A stretch of DNA of 53,823 nt from Chthonomonadales bacterium (GTDB lineage Bacteria > Armatimonadota > Chthonomonadetes > Chthonomonadales > Chthonomonadaceae). A model generated the notes under the pieces. That model searched no databases. It saw nothing but the letters and a program-made list of their open reading frames with translations, and was not told the DNA's origin. The stretch lies in assembly GCA_038217285.1 (NCBI GenBank), contig JBBQPO010000006.1:1-53823 (forward strand), given 5' to 3'. The position numbers were made by a program, and so were the translations under genes. Positions 1 through 8,662 of the stretch are shown here, one piece after another; position 1 is the first letter of the stretch, and every line of letters starts with the position of its first letter.

Positions 1-351
1 TGGCTCGACGGCACTGCGGTCTCCGATCTGCGTGATTGCGATGGTATAGACCGGGTTTGCCTCCGATACGAACGCCTCCAGCAACGGCTTGACTGCGCGA
101 GGATCGCCCCACCTGCCGAGCGCCTCCGCAGCAAAAAGGGACACCATGCTGTGCGGCTCCGCGAGCAGCGCGATGACGGGCTCCAGCGCGCCGTCGCCGC
201 GGGCGATCAGACGGTCATAGATATCCTCCCGCTGGTCGAGAAGCGCATAGAACGCCGGATCCACCTCATGGCCGATGGCCTGCCGCGCGATCTGCCGCAG
301 CGCTGCGATGCATGTTACCACCGTGGGGTCGGAGAAGGGCATGTCGCTCAC
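1..351 (-). CDS. HEAT/PBS-lyase repeat protein (partial, runs off window start)
   Basis: Hand translation of minus strand: (V)SDMPFSDPTVVTCIAALRQ...LFAAEALGRWGDPRAVKPLLEAF...AITQIGDRSAVEP, two HEAT-like repeats. GTG start overlaps the TGA of the upstream gene (GTGA); alternative ATG at 342. Not in ORF track. Confidence 0.75.
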   Translation of the reverse strand, partial: MSDMPFSDPTVVTCIAALRQIARQAIGHEVDPAFYALLDQREDIYDRLIARGDGALEPVIALLAEPHSMVSLFAAEALGRWGDPRAVKPLLEAFVSEANPVYTIAITQIGDRSAVEP

Positions 352-1553
352 TTCGCCGCCAGAGGCAACTCCACGATGCGGATGTTGCGGAAATTCAGGT
401 CGGTGTCAGGCTCGTGGCCCTGCAGGCTGATGACTCCGGCTTTGGTGCGCGCTCCCTTGCGGGCGTTGGTCTGATCCGGGGGGCGCATGTCCGTGAAGTC
501 GCACACCAGGACGCCGTTGACCCAGGAGCCGATGTGGGTGCCGTGCGCGACGAGGGTCATCGTGAACCATTCTCTATCCGAGGAGACTACTTTACGGACT
601 GGCAATCGGTTGTAGACCGCGCCGGTCCCATAGTCCACCGGTTTCGTGCGGTCGTCACCCTGCCACTCGTTTCGGATCTGGTCTTCGTAACCCTGCTCGA
701 ACTTGCCGGCCTCCGCCCTGAAAAAGACGCCGCTGTTGAGATGGTCCCCGTTGGAGTAGACGTCGATCTGCAGGACGAAATCGCCCCACTGCTCGATGGT
801 CTGGAGATCCCCCCGTCCGCCTTTGAGATTCAGCCAGCCCTCTTTCGTCACCGAGAAGACCGACTTGTTGCCCTCCGGCGCAATCCAGCCCGTCAGGTCT
901 TTGCCGTTAAATACGCGCTTCAACCCCGTGGGACGGAACCGAATATTGCGGAACCGGACGGCATCTTTGCTATTGGTCAACAGTGCGATATAGCCCCGAG
1001 CCGGAAACGGACCTTTGAACGTTCCTCCTGGCTTACCGTTGACGCGCAGCGCGAAAATGCCGCCGTTCGCGACGACGTCGTAAGAGTCCCAGGAATCCTC
1101 CGCAGTCGGGAGCTTAGGCGCACTGCCCCATTTTTTGCTCGCATTCGCCCGGGCGGCGGCCGGGTCGTAGACCGTGAAGATGGCGGCATTCGTAGGCGTG
1201 ATTGCGGTGTCGGCGGACGCTCGAAGGGCGACGTTGACCGAGCCGATAGGCCCGTGCGAGCACTCGAAGTGTAGGTCACCGTTGCCGAACTCGGTCGTCG
1301 TGCACAGCGCTCCCGACTTTCCGGCCTCACTCTGCAGAGCCCCGTCTGCAACGGTCCACGTCGCCTCTCCTCGCGATTTCCAGCCGTAGTCCGTCGCACC
1401 GTCGAAGAGCTGAATCCAACCGTCCGCGATCTTTTGCGCGGACAAATTATTGATAGGGGACTGTTTTCCACGGTCTGGCGCCGTCTTTTGCTGCGCCTGC
1501 GCTCCAACGCCGATGAGCAGGCCAAACAGAATCAAGCACGTTCCGGTTCTCAC
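348..1553 (-). CDS. Secreted tandem DUF1080 (3-keto-disaccharide hydrolase family) protein
   Basis: Signal peptide; two domains with LFDG/VFNGKDLTGW, NSGVFFR, GYEDQI, GVISLQGH...FRNIRI motifs. Confidence 0.88.
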   Translation of the reverse strand: MRTGTCLILFGLLIGVGAQAQQKTAPDRGKQSPINNLSAQKIADGWIQLFDGATDYGWKSRGEATWTVADGALQSEAGKSGALCTTTEFGNGDLHFECSHGPIGSVNVALRASADTAITPTNAAIFTVYDPAAARANASKKWGSAPKLPTAEDSWDSYDVVANGGIFALRVNGKPGGTFKGPFPARGYIALLTNSKDAVRFRNIRFRPTGLKRVFNGKDLTGWIAPEGNKSVFSVTKEGWLNLKGGRGDLQTIEQWGDFVLQIDVYSNGDHLNSGVFFRAEAGKFEQGYEDQIRNEWQGDDRTKPVDYGTGAVYNRLPVRKVVSSDREWFTMTLVAHGTHIGSWVNGVLVCDFTDMRPPDQTNARKGARTKAGVISLQGHEPDTDLNFRNIRIVELPLAAK

Positions 1554-1735
1554 TGCTACCCTCCCTGGGTTGGTACTTCATTTATCTCCCAGGAAGTTCG
1601 GCGCAGGGCAGGCGGACTCCTTGTTGATTTACGATTTCCCCTCAGCCGATGTGTTCACCCCTCCGTTGTGACGATGCGCTCGTTTATGGCAACTTTTCCT
1701 TTCCGGAGTCCCCTGTTTCCATCTTAGTCGGAATT

Positions 1736-1744
1736 TGCTATAAT
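1736..1744 (+). promoter_or_regulatory. Extended -10 promoter element (TGCTATAAT) upstream of pepV-like gene
   Basis: TGnTATAAT about 40 nt upstream of ATG 1787. Confidence 0.55.
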
Positions 1745-1786
1745 GGGTCAGCAACTACCCGAGAGAACGGAGAACGTCTCACACCA

Positions 1787-3208
1787 ATGAATACCCCGAC
1801 TGACCCGAATGTGCAGAGGCTGCACACCTGGATTGAAAGCCATGAAGACGAGATCGTGAAGGCGCTGCAAGGGGTGCTGCGGATCCCGAGCGTCGAAGCG
1901 CCGGCGGCGGGGCCGGGGGCTCCGTTCGGACAGCCGGTCCGTGAGGCGCTGGAGTATACGCTGGCGCTCTGTGATCGGCTGGGCTTCAAGACCAAAAATG
2001 TCGATGGGTATGCGGGCCATGCGGAGATGGGGGAGGGGGAGGAGATGATCGCCGCACTCGGACATCTTGACGTGGTGCCCGAGGGCGACCGGTGGGAACA
2101 CGAACCCTACGGCGCGGCGCTGGAAGACGGCTATCTCTATGCCCGTGGCTCCGCCGACGACAAAGGCCCAACCTATGCGGCGCTCTACGCCGCCAAGGCG
2201 ATCATGGAGTGTGGACTCCTGCCCCTGAAACGTCGTATCCGGCTCATCTTCGGCTGCAACGAGGAGAGCGGCTTCGCCTGCGTGGAGCACTACTTCAACG
2301 TCGCAAAGGAGGAGCGTCCGGTCTATGCGTTCACCCCCGATGCCGGCTTTCCGCTGATCTACGCGGAGAAGGGGATCGCCGATCTGGTTTTCGAGAAGCC
2401 GTTGCCGACCGGAGAGTACGCTCTGCGCATCACCCAGGCAGGCGGCGGCCGGCGACCCAACATGGTTCCGGACTATGCCGAGGCCACGCTTCAGGGTACG
2501 CCGGAGGCTGTAGCCGCGGCGGTTGAGACACTGGACAAATTCTGGGACAACAACGTAACCTTCGAGAAAAGCGCGTCGGGGATCGTGGTGCGAGCGGTCG
2601 GGAAATCGGCTCATGGCGCGCGCCCCACGCTGGGCGATAACGCGGTCGCCCGCCTTGCGCGCGCCCTTGCCACGCTCGACCTGCCCGAAAAGAAGGTCTG
2701 GCTGGAGTGGGTGGACGAGATGGTGGAGACGACAGGCGCCTCCCTCGGGGTCGCGCACACCGACGACGTCGCGGGGCCGCTCACCAGTAACCTTGGCATC
2801 CTCGAAACCACCGCCGACAATAAGATCCGCGTGACCTTCAATATCCGCTATCCGGTCACCTGGACTCTGGAGGAGCTACTGGAGGCTAACCGCGCGGTTC
2901 GGGAAAAAACAGGCTGGACCATCGCCCACACCCGCAACCAGCCTCCGCTCTACGTTCCACTCGACCAGGAGCCGGTCTCCACGCTGCTTCGCGTCTATCA
3001 GGAAGAGACAGGCGACATGGAAAGTAAACCCCGCACGATGGGCGGTGGAACCTATGCCCGCTCCACGCCGAACGCTGTCGCCTATGGAGCCGGATTCCCG
3101 AACAGCAGCGACGGTCCCGCCCATGAGCCCGACGAACGCATCGCCGTTGTGACCGTGCTCAACGCGGCCAAGATCTACGCCCACGCTCTCTACGAGTTGG
3201 CCAAATAG
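1787..3208 (+). CDS. pepV: M20 family dipeptidase (PepV/Sapep-like)
   Basis: GHLDVVP, RGSADDKGP, GCNEESG, PDAGFP, GGGTYAR and AHEPDE motifs. Confidence 0.9.
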   Translation: MNTPTDPNVQRLHTWIESHEDEIVKALQGVLRIPSVEAPAAGPGAPFGQPVREALEYTLALCDRLGFKTKNVDGYAGHAEMGEGEEMIAALGHLDVVPEGDRWEHEPYGAALEDGYLYARGSADDKGPTYAALYAAKAIMECGLLPLKRRIRLIFGCNEESGFACVEHYFNVAKEERPVYAFTPDAGFPLIYAEKGIADLVFEKPLPTGEYALRITQAGGGRRPNMVPDYAEATLQGTPEAVAAAVETLDKFWDNNVTFEKSASGIVVRAVGKSAHGARPTLGDNAVARLARALATLDLPEKKVWLEWVDEMVETTGASLGVAHTDDVAGPLTSNLGILETTADNKIRVTFNIRYPVTWTLEELLEANRAVREKTGWTIAHTRNQPPLYVPLDQEPVSTLLRVYQEETGDMESKPRTMGGGTYARSTPNAVAYGAGFPNSSDGPAHEPDERIAVVTVLNAAKIYAHALYELAK

Positions 3209-3223
3209 TGTCCGATATCCGTA

Positions 3224-3267
3224 TGCAAAAAGCCCTCCACCTCCAGTGAGGTCGAGGGCTTTTTGCA
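3224..3267. terminator. Bidirectional intrinsic terminator
   Basis: TGCAAAAAGCCCTC-CACCTC...GAGGTC-GAGGGCTTTTTGCA hairpin between convergent genes. Confidence 0.8.
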
Positions 3268-3323
3268 AGTTCTGCACTCCTGCGTCCGACGATGCAGCCG
3301 TCCGGTAGAAGTGTTCGCCGTGA

Positions 3324-4409
3324 CTACTTTCCGGCCTTGTACTTCGCGAGGTGCTGGCCGAAGGAGGGTTCTTTCTCAAACTGTGTTCCCTTTGCCAGCA
3401 GGATGGCGCGCTCCTGAACCTGTATAGCTTTCGCGGCCTTGCCGTCCGCAAAGTAGGCTGCTGCCAGCGTATCCGCAATAGCGGGATCTTTGCTTTTGGA
3501 GAGTTCGTCGGCGCGAAGCGCGGCCTTCAGAGCAGCGCCAGCAAGCGCTGGCGTCGGCTTGTGAGGAGAGTCCGGGTCTACCTGCGCCCACGCGAGCATA
3601 TTGAGGCCTTCGACGTTGTCCTTGAAGGCGCCGCCCACCAGTTTTTCGAGATAGGCCGCAGCCTCGTCGGTTTTGCCGAGCTTCTGAAGTACCATAAGCT
3701 TGACCGGAGCGACCTGCGGCTCGAGATCCGCGTCGCTGTCGAGGGCGCTGTTCAGGATCGAGAGCGCTTTCGGATAGTCCTTGCTCGCATACGCGGGACC
3801 GAACGCTGTCTGAAGCGCGCTCAGTTTACCGGCGGTGATCGCCGCCTTGCGGGCCTTTTCGGCTTCGGCCTTCAAGTCCCACTGGCCAGCCTCGATCTTC
3901 GCGAGGGGCCCTTCCATTGTCATCGGATGCCCGATCCAGGCGACTTGGCTCTCTTTGTTGATGATGAACGCGGTCGGGATGCCGCTCTGCTCTGCGGCTT
4001 GCATCCAGGTCGTCGCCATCGCGCCCGCGTTGCCGTCACCGCCGACTGGTACGGCATCCATGGCAACATGGTAGTCCATCTTCGCACCCATCTCTGCGAC
4101 GAATGGCGCGATCAAACCCTGATCTTTTTCCCAGACACTGACGCCGATGAACGTCACATCTTTGTTTTTCTTCGCCATTTCCGTCAGGTGAGGAATGGAG
4201 GCGCGGCAGGGACCGCACCAGGTCGCCCAGAACTCGACGACATAGAGCTTGCCTTTTTCAAACTTGGTGACCGGGGTTCCCTTGACAAATTTCTTCACGT
4301 TCAGTTTCGGCGCAGGGTCACCGATGCTCAATCCCCCTGCCGTCGCAGCGGAATTGACGAGCGCCACGACTGCCATTGCGGCCGCCATCGCCAGAATCTT
4401 CTTCAGCAT
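3324..4409 (-). CDS. Secreted TlpA-family thioredoxin/redoxin with C-terminal helical (TPR-like) region
   Basis: Signal peptide; EFWATWCGPC active site; GIPTAFII cis-Pro motif; AGGAG RBS ahead of ATG 4409. Confidence 0.88.
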   Translation of the reverse strand: MLKKILAMAAAMAVVALVNSAATAGGLSIGDPAPKLNVKKFVKGTPVTKFEKGKLYVVEFWATWCGPCRASIPHLTEMAKKNKDVTFIGVSVWEKDQGLIAPFVAEMGAKMDYHVAMDAVPVGGDGNAGAMATTWMQAAEQSGIPTAFIINKESQVAWIGHPMTMEGPLAKIEAGQWDLKAEAEKARKAAITAGKLSALQTAFGPAYASKDYPKALSILNSALDSDADLEPQVAPVKLMVLQKLGKTDEAAAYLEKLVGGAFKDNVEGLNMLAWAQVDPDSPHKPTPALAGAALKAALRADELSKSKDPAIADTLAAAYFADGKAAKAIQVQERAILLAKGTQFEKEPSFGQHLAKYKAGK

Positions 4410-4578
4410 TCCCATACTCCTTTCGAGGTTTCCAATCGAGAGACGCAACTTCACTGCCGGAATATTCACTACAATCTGCTACATCTCCTGCTCTGACTTC
4501 ACGAGTTCGCGGTCACATCGGGCAAACTATTCATCGTTCGTCCCTTTATTTGTGCGGTCTCCGCCGCACCGAGGGGAT

Positions 4579-5190
4579 TCAATCGGAGGCTTGCGTTCGG
4601 GTCAAATGCAGTAGAATGCCCATGATCTTGGGCAAGCGGTCGATGTGGTAGCTGCGTGAATCTATACGCGCGGTCGTGCCTTCCAGGACGAGAAATCTCC
4701 ACAACTCGCCTATGGTGACGACGCCATAGATCTGTTTGCTCTCGCTCCCCTCGCGGGCGTTGAATGTCTGCGCGGCGATCATCTCTGCGATGCACTGGCC
4801 ATATCCCCGCTTTAAGTCCTCGTTCTTCGCCTCGACCAGCATCAGCACGGGCGCTTTCACAAACATCTGTTCGGGAGAGAGCGTGATGATATAGTCACAA
4901 ACGCCTACCAACCCCTTTGCCTCGTCGATATTGAACTCTACTCCGGAGAGGAGACCTATCTTGCGATCCTGGAGCAGCCAGAGTTCGACGAGAACTGGAG
5001 CAATGATAAACTCGGAACGGGCTTTCTCCGTTGACGTGGCGAGAGCCAGTGGCAGAGTCGTATTGAACTGGGCTTGAAACTCCGGACGTATCGGTATCTC
5101 CGGTACATCCACAAAAAGATCGGACGTCTCGCTGAGGGTAACGTTGAACTTTTTCGTGATGTCGCTGAGAGTAAAATTTGAGTAAGCCAT
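4579..5190 (-). CDS. Conserved hypothetical protein, PD-(D/E)XK-like / HsdR N-terminal-like fold
   Basis: MAYSNFTL start; SEKARSEFIIAP-like segment, GVCDYII, LVEAK, QCIAEMIAAQ, IYGVVTIGELWRFL motifs resemble a restriction-endonuclease-like family common in cyanobacteria. Confidence 0.65.
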   Translation of the reverse strand: MAYSNFTLSDITKKFNVTLSETSDLFVDVPEIPIRPEFQAQFNTTLPLALATSTEKARSEFIIAPVLVELWLLQDRKIGLLSGVEFNIDEAKGLVGVCDYIITLSPEQMFVKAPVLMLVEAKNEDLKRGYGQCIAEMIAAQTFNAREGSESKQIYGVVTIGELWRFLVLEGTTARIDSRSYHIDRLPKIMGILLHLTRTQASD

Positions 5191-5390
5191 GGGAAATCTC
5201 CTGGCACGACAATAGTCCATGTTCCAACGATAGGTCGCCTCGCCTGCCGTCGGTCCCAAGAGAACACGAATTCGTTGCGGTGGCCGTTCTGCACAACTAT
5301 CAAATGGCACGAAAGGCAGATCGCAGCCGATCCGCCTTTCGCGAGAACCCTTCTACGAACGTTGTGCGCTCCGTTCTACGTCGGGGTCGC

Positions 5391-6947
5391 TCAGGCGTTC
5401 GTGGTCATTTTGCCTTTGTCGGCGGCCTGGGCGTTGGAGCGGGCTTCTTCCTTGGCGATAGCCATCTCCTCGACCGTCTTGGTATGCAGGCGTGCCATGC
5501 CCTGGAAGCCTTCCATCGTTTTGACACGGGTGCCGTCCTGCTCGGCGGCGGCGAGGCGGGCGGCGGCTTTGGGAACGGAAGCAGCGTACTGAGGCAGCCA
5601 TTTCGCCTGGGCGACGAGCATCTCGTCGGTCATCTGCCAGACCTCTTCGGGGTCGCAGACCGCTCCCACCAGCGGGTCGTGGAGCATCGCCTGTTTGAGC
5701 AGGGTCACATCGCCGTGCACCGCCGCCTCCATGCCCATCTGCTGGACATGGACCGAGGCCGAGCAGGTCGCGGCGCAGGCCAACGGAAGATCGCCAAAGA
5801 CCGGGATGTTGATGCCGTTGCGATCCACATAGCCCGGCACCTCGATGATACAGCCGTTGGGCAGGTTGGTGATGATGTTGTCGTTGACGACGTTGAAATG
5901 TCCGCGATAGACCCGGCCCGTCTCCAGCGACTCGATGATGTAGGAGCCGTGCTCTTCGCTGCGTTTTTCCGGGACGAATTTCGGCGGATCTTGCGCCAGC
6001 CAGTTCGGGAAGTCGGTTTCGAACCAGTTGCGGCCTTCGGTGCAGACGCGCAGATATCCGCCCGTCTCGCCGTTGATCCAGCTCGAAAGGTCGATCCATT
6101 TGTTGATGTCGTCGAGGCGTTTGCGATACCACGGCACATATTCACTGAGGTGTCCGTTGCTCTCGGTGCTGTAGTAGCCGAAGCGTTTCAGGACGTCGAT
6201 GCGCACCTTCTCGGTGGTCGGGTACTGCGGATGGTTCTGAAACAGATCCAGCAGGCGCGGCACCAGATCGATTCCACGCCAGACCGCGCGCGTACACCAG
6301 GTCTGATGGTTGATCCCCGCGAAGACGAAGTCGATGTCAGCACCCTTAACCTTCTCGTCCTCGCCGATTATGCCCTCGCGCCGCGCCCAGTGCTCCACGC
6401 ACTGGGCGATCTGGTGCTGCGCGCCCTGCACTCCGTGGCACAGCCCGACGGTCTTGACGCCGCCATATTTGTTGCAGGCCCAGGTGAGCATCGCCATCGG
6501 GTTGGAGTAGTTGAGGAACAGCGCGCCCGGCTTCGCCACCTCGCGAATGTCTTTGCAGAAGTCGAGCAGGGCGGCGATGCCGCGCTGGGCATACATAATG
6601 CCGCCCGCGCAGATCGTATCGCCCACGCACTGATCGATCCCGTATTTCAAGGGAATATCGATATCGGTCTGAAAGCCTTCCAACCCACCCTGCCGGATCA
6701 TGCACATCACATAGTCGGCGTCAGCGATGGCGGCGCGGCGGTCCGTGGTCGTCACGACGCGGGCGGGCAGATCGTTGCCCTGGATGTCGCGCTCCGCGAG
6801 CTGGGCGATCATGTCGAGGTTCTGCTGGTTCAGGTCGGTAAAGGCGAAGGTGGTTTCGGCGAACTCGGGCACGGTCAGCAAGTCGCCCATCAGGCGGCGC
6901 GTAAAACCGATGGATCCGGCTCCGATCATGGCAATCTTGAGAGGCAT
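5391..6947 (-). CDS. melA: GH4 family NAD-dependent alpha-galactosidase/glucosidase
   Basis: KIAMIGAGSIGF Rossmann motif, GDTICAGG, NYSNPM, GLCHGV, AGINHQ, TESNGHLSEYVPW. Confidence 0.9.
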   Translation of the reverse strand: MPLKIAMIGAGSIGFTRRLMGDLLTVPEFAETTFAFTDLNQQNLDMIAQLAERDIQGNDLPARVVTTTDRRAAIADADYVMCMIRQGGLEGFQTDIDIPLKYGIDQCVGDTICAGGIMYAQRGIAALLDFCKDIREVAKPGALFLNYSNPMAMLTWACNKYGGVKTVGLCHGVQGAQHQIAQCVEHWARREGIIGEDEKVKGADIDFVFAGINHQTWCTRAVWRGIDLVPRLLDLFQNHPQYPTTEKVRIDVLKRFGYYSTESNGHLSEYVPWYRKRLDDINKWIDLSSWINGETGGYLRVCTEGRNWFETDFPNWLAQDPPKFVPEKRSEEHGSYIIESLETGRVYRGHFNVVNDNIITNLPNGCIIEVPGYVDRNGINIPVFGDLPLACAATCSASVHVQQMGMEAAVHGDVTLLKQAMLHDPLVGAVCDPEEVWQMTDEMLVAQAKWLPQYAASVPKAAARLAAAEQDGTRVKTMEGFQGMARLHTKTVEEMAIAKEEARSNAQAADKGKMTTNA

Positions 6948-7039
6948 AACGGCACTGTCTCCTTCAAAAGCAAAATTCTGCGCTTAGAGTTGGCGAAAGC
7001 GCGGCAGAACTCCTGCTTATTCCGGACCGACTCCGTCCG

Positions 7040-7588
7040 TCAGCGGCGACGGCGGCCGAACTTAAAGCGCTCTTTGAGTTGCTGCCAGACGTTGAAGACG
7101 ATGGGACAGGTGGCGGTGTTTTCGATCATCGTCAGGGTGCGACTGCGGAAGTTACCTGTGTGCAGGTAGGGGAAGTCCCGACAGGCCTGCGGACGGTCTT
7201 CGTAGACGGCGCAGCGGTTGTCGGCGCCCAGAAACGAACAGGGCGTCGAGATCAGGTGTCTGGTTCCGTCGGGCGCCGCCTGAACATACTGGCGCGAGAC
7301 TTGCGGGGGCGTCAGCTTCAGGCGTTGTGCCAGCCGCTGAATGTCGTTGTCATCTACGACGATCTGCAGCGTTCGGCAGCAGTTCCCGCAGGCCAAACAG
7401 TCGATCTGTTTCCACACAGCGTCGGTCGTCTCCTGCGCGATGGCGTCCAATGCTGCATTGGAAAGAGGCAGCCGGACTTTCAGAAAGGTCCGGAACGAGT
7501 GATCTTCCGCCTCATTGTGGCGCGCATAGCGCTGGATCAGTGGAATGTCTCGAATAAGCTTCTCAGGGATAGCGTTGTCTTTGGTCAG
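7040..7588 (-). CDS. YkgJ family cysteine-cluster (CxxCxxCC) protein
   Basis: CLACGNCC...PCSFL...CAVYEDRPQACRDFP. Reading frame is open upstream to a putative CTG start at 7588; the track start (TTG 7450) is probably too short. Confidence 0.8.
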   Translation of the reverse strand: MTKDNAIPEKLIRDIPLIQRYARHNEAEDHSFRTFLKVRLPLSNAALDAIAQETTDAVWKQIDCLACGNCCRTLQIVVDDNDIQRLAQRLKLTPPQVSRQYVQAAPDGTRHLISTPCSFLGADNRCAVYEDRPQACRDFPYLHTGNFRSRTLTMIENTATCPIVFNVWQQLKERFKFGRRRR

Positions 7589-7627
7589 CCGCGTTTCGTT
7601 CCTTCTTCTCCCTCGGGAGAGAGTGTT

Positions 7628-8638
7628 TCACAGCCCTTTGACAGTGAAGGGGGCGGGCGGCGTGGAGACGATCCGGATTGGATTGCGGAGGGGACGACCC
7701 ATCGCGTTCCAGCCGACCTCCATCATGTCGCCGTCGGCGAGGCTGACGCCGTCGCCGAAACTGAAGGCGTCCGCGCCGAAAAAGTGGACATGAATATCGC
7801 CGGGGCGGCGGTGCAGCGGGTATTTGAAGTGGTGGTACTCCAGATTGGAAAGGCTATGGACCATGTTCGCCTCGCCCGTTCCGATCTCGTGTGACCAGAG
7901 AACAGCGCCTTCACGCTCGACCCGCACGGTGCCCGTAAGACTGGCGAACGACTCGTCCAGGACGATCTCCGGCCCAATGGCGCATTCGCGCAGCTTGGAA
8001 GGTGCGAGATAGAGATAGTTTTTGCGCTCCATCTGATGGTCGGAGAACTCGTTCCCCGTGACGAACCCAAGGCGATACGGCTGCCCATCCTGCCCGATAA
8101 GATAGATGCCTGCGACCTCCGGCTCCTCGCCTCCATCGTCTGCAAAGTCCGGCACTTCCAGCGGTTCTCCGTGCGCGCGCAGGATCGTGCCATTGCCCTT
8201 GTAGAACCATTCCGGTTGAACGCCGATTGACCCTTCCGCCGGACGACCACCCTCTGCGCCCCACTGATAGATCTTCATGCTGTCGGTGACCGGGGCTGCA
8301 GCACCCTGACCGCCGTTGTGGTGCATGGCATCGCGGTTGGCAGCGCTCTTCTTGTGGGTCAGGCCCGTGCCGCTCACCACACAACGCCCCGGCTCGGTCG
8401 GGTGGTCGGCGGGAGGCAGCAGCCGCCACTCCGACTGCCCCGAATAGACCGTGTTATAGTCCAGCATCGTCTCGGAGAGGTCGGCGGTGAGAAGCTCTTG
8501 AAGAGGCTGTGCAGACTGAATCGCCAGGGTGGCGGCGTCGAAAAGTGACGCTGCGGTCCGCATCAGGCGCAGATTGGGTTCGGCGACAAGCGCGAGACGA
8601 CGGCCTTCGGTCCTATGTTGAAGCTGTACAAGACGCAT
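7628..8638 (-). CDS. AraD1/GguC-like fumarylacetoacetate-hydrolase-fold protein (sugar catabolism)
   Basis: SGTGLTH, QPEWFYKGNG, DGGEEPEVAG, GNEFSDH, NYLYLAPSKLR, HVHFFGA motifs. Confidence 0.85.
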   Translation of the reverse strand: MRLVQLQHRTEGRRLALVAEPNLRLMRTAASLFDAATLAIQSAQPLQELLTADLSETMLDYNTVYSGQSEWRLLPPADHPTEPGRCVVSGTGLTHKKSAANRDAMHHNGGQGAAAPVTDSMKIYQWGAEGGRPAEGSIGVQPEWFYKGNGTILRAHGEPLEVPDFADDGGEEPEVAGIYLIGQDGQPYRLGFVTGNEFSDHQMERKNYLYLAPSKLRECAIGPEIVLDESFASLTGTVRVEREGAVLWSHEIGTGEANMVHSLSNLEYHHFKYPLHRRPGDIHVHFFGADAFSFGDGVSLADGDMMEVGWNAMGRPLRNPIRIVSTPPAPFTVKGL

Positions 8639-8662
8639 AATATGGTTTCTCTCCGATTAAGA

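Noticed and set aside
5178-7169. 663-aa plus-strand ORF, and similar long antisense ORFs at 312, 3351, 8615, 11934, 15089, 37738 and 46665
   Set aside because: They are shadows of well-supported genes on the opposite strand, expected in GC-rich DNA, with no motifs.
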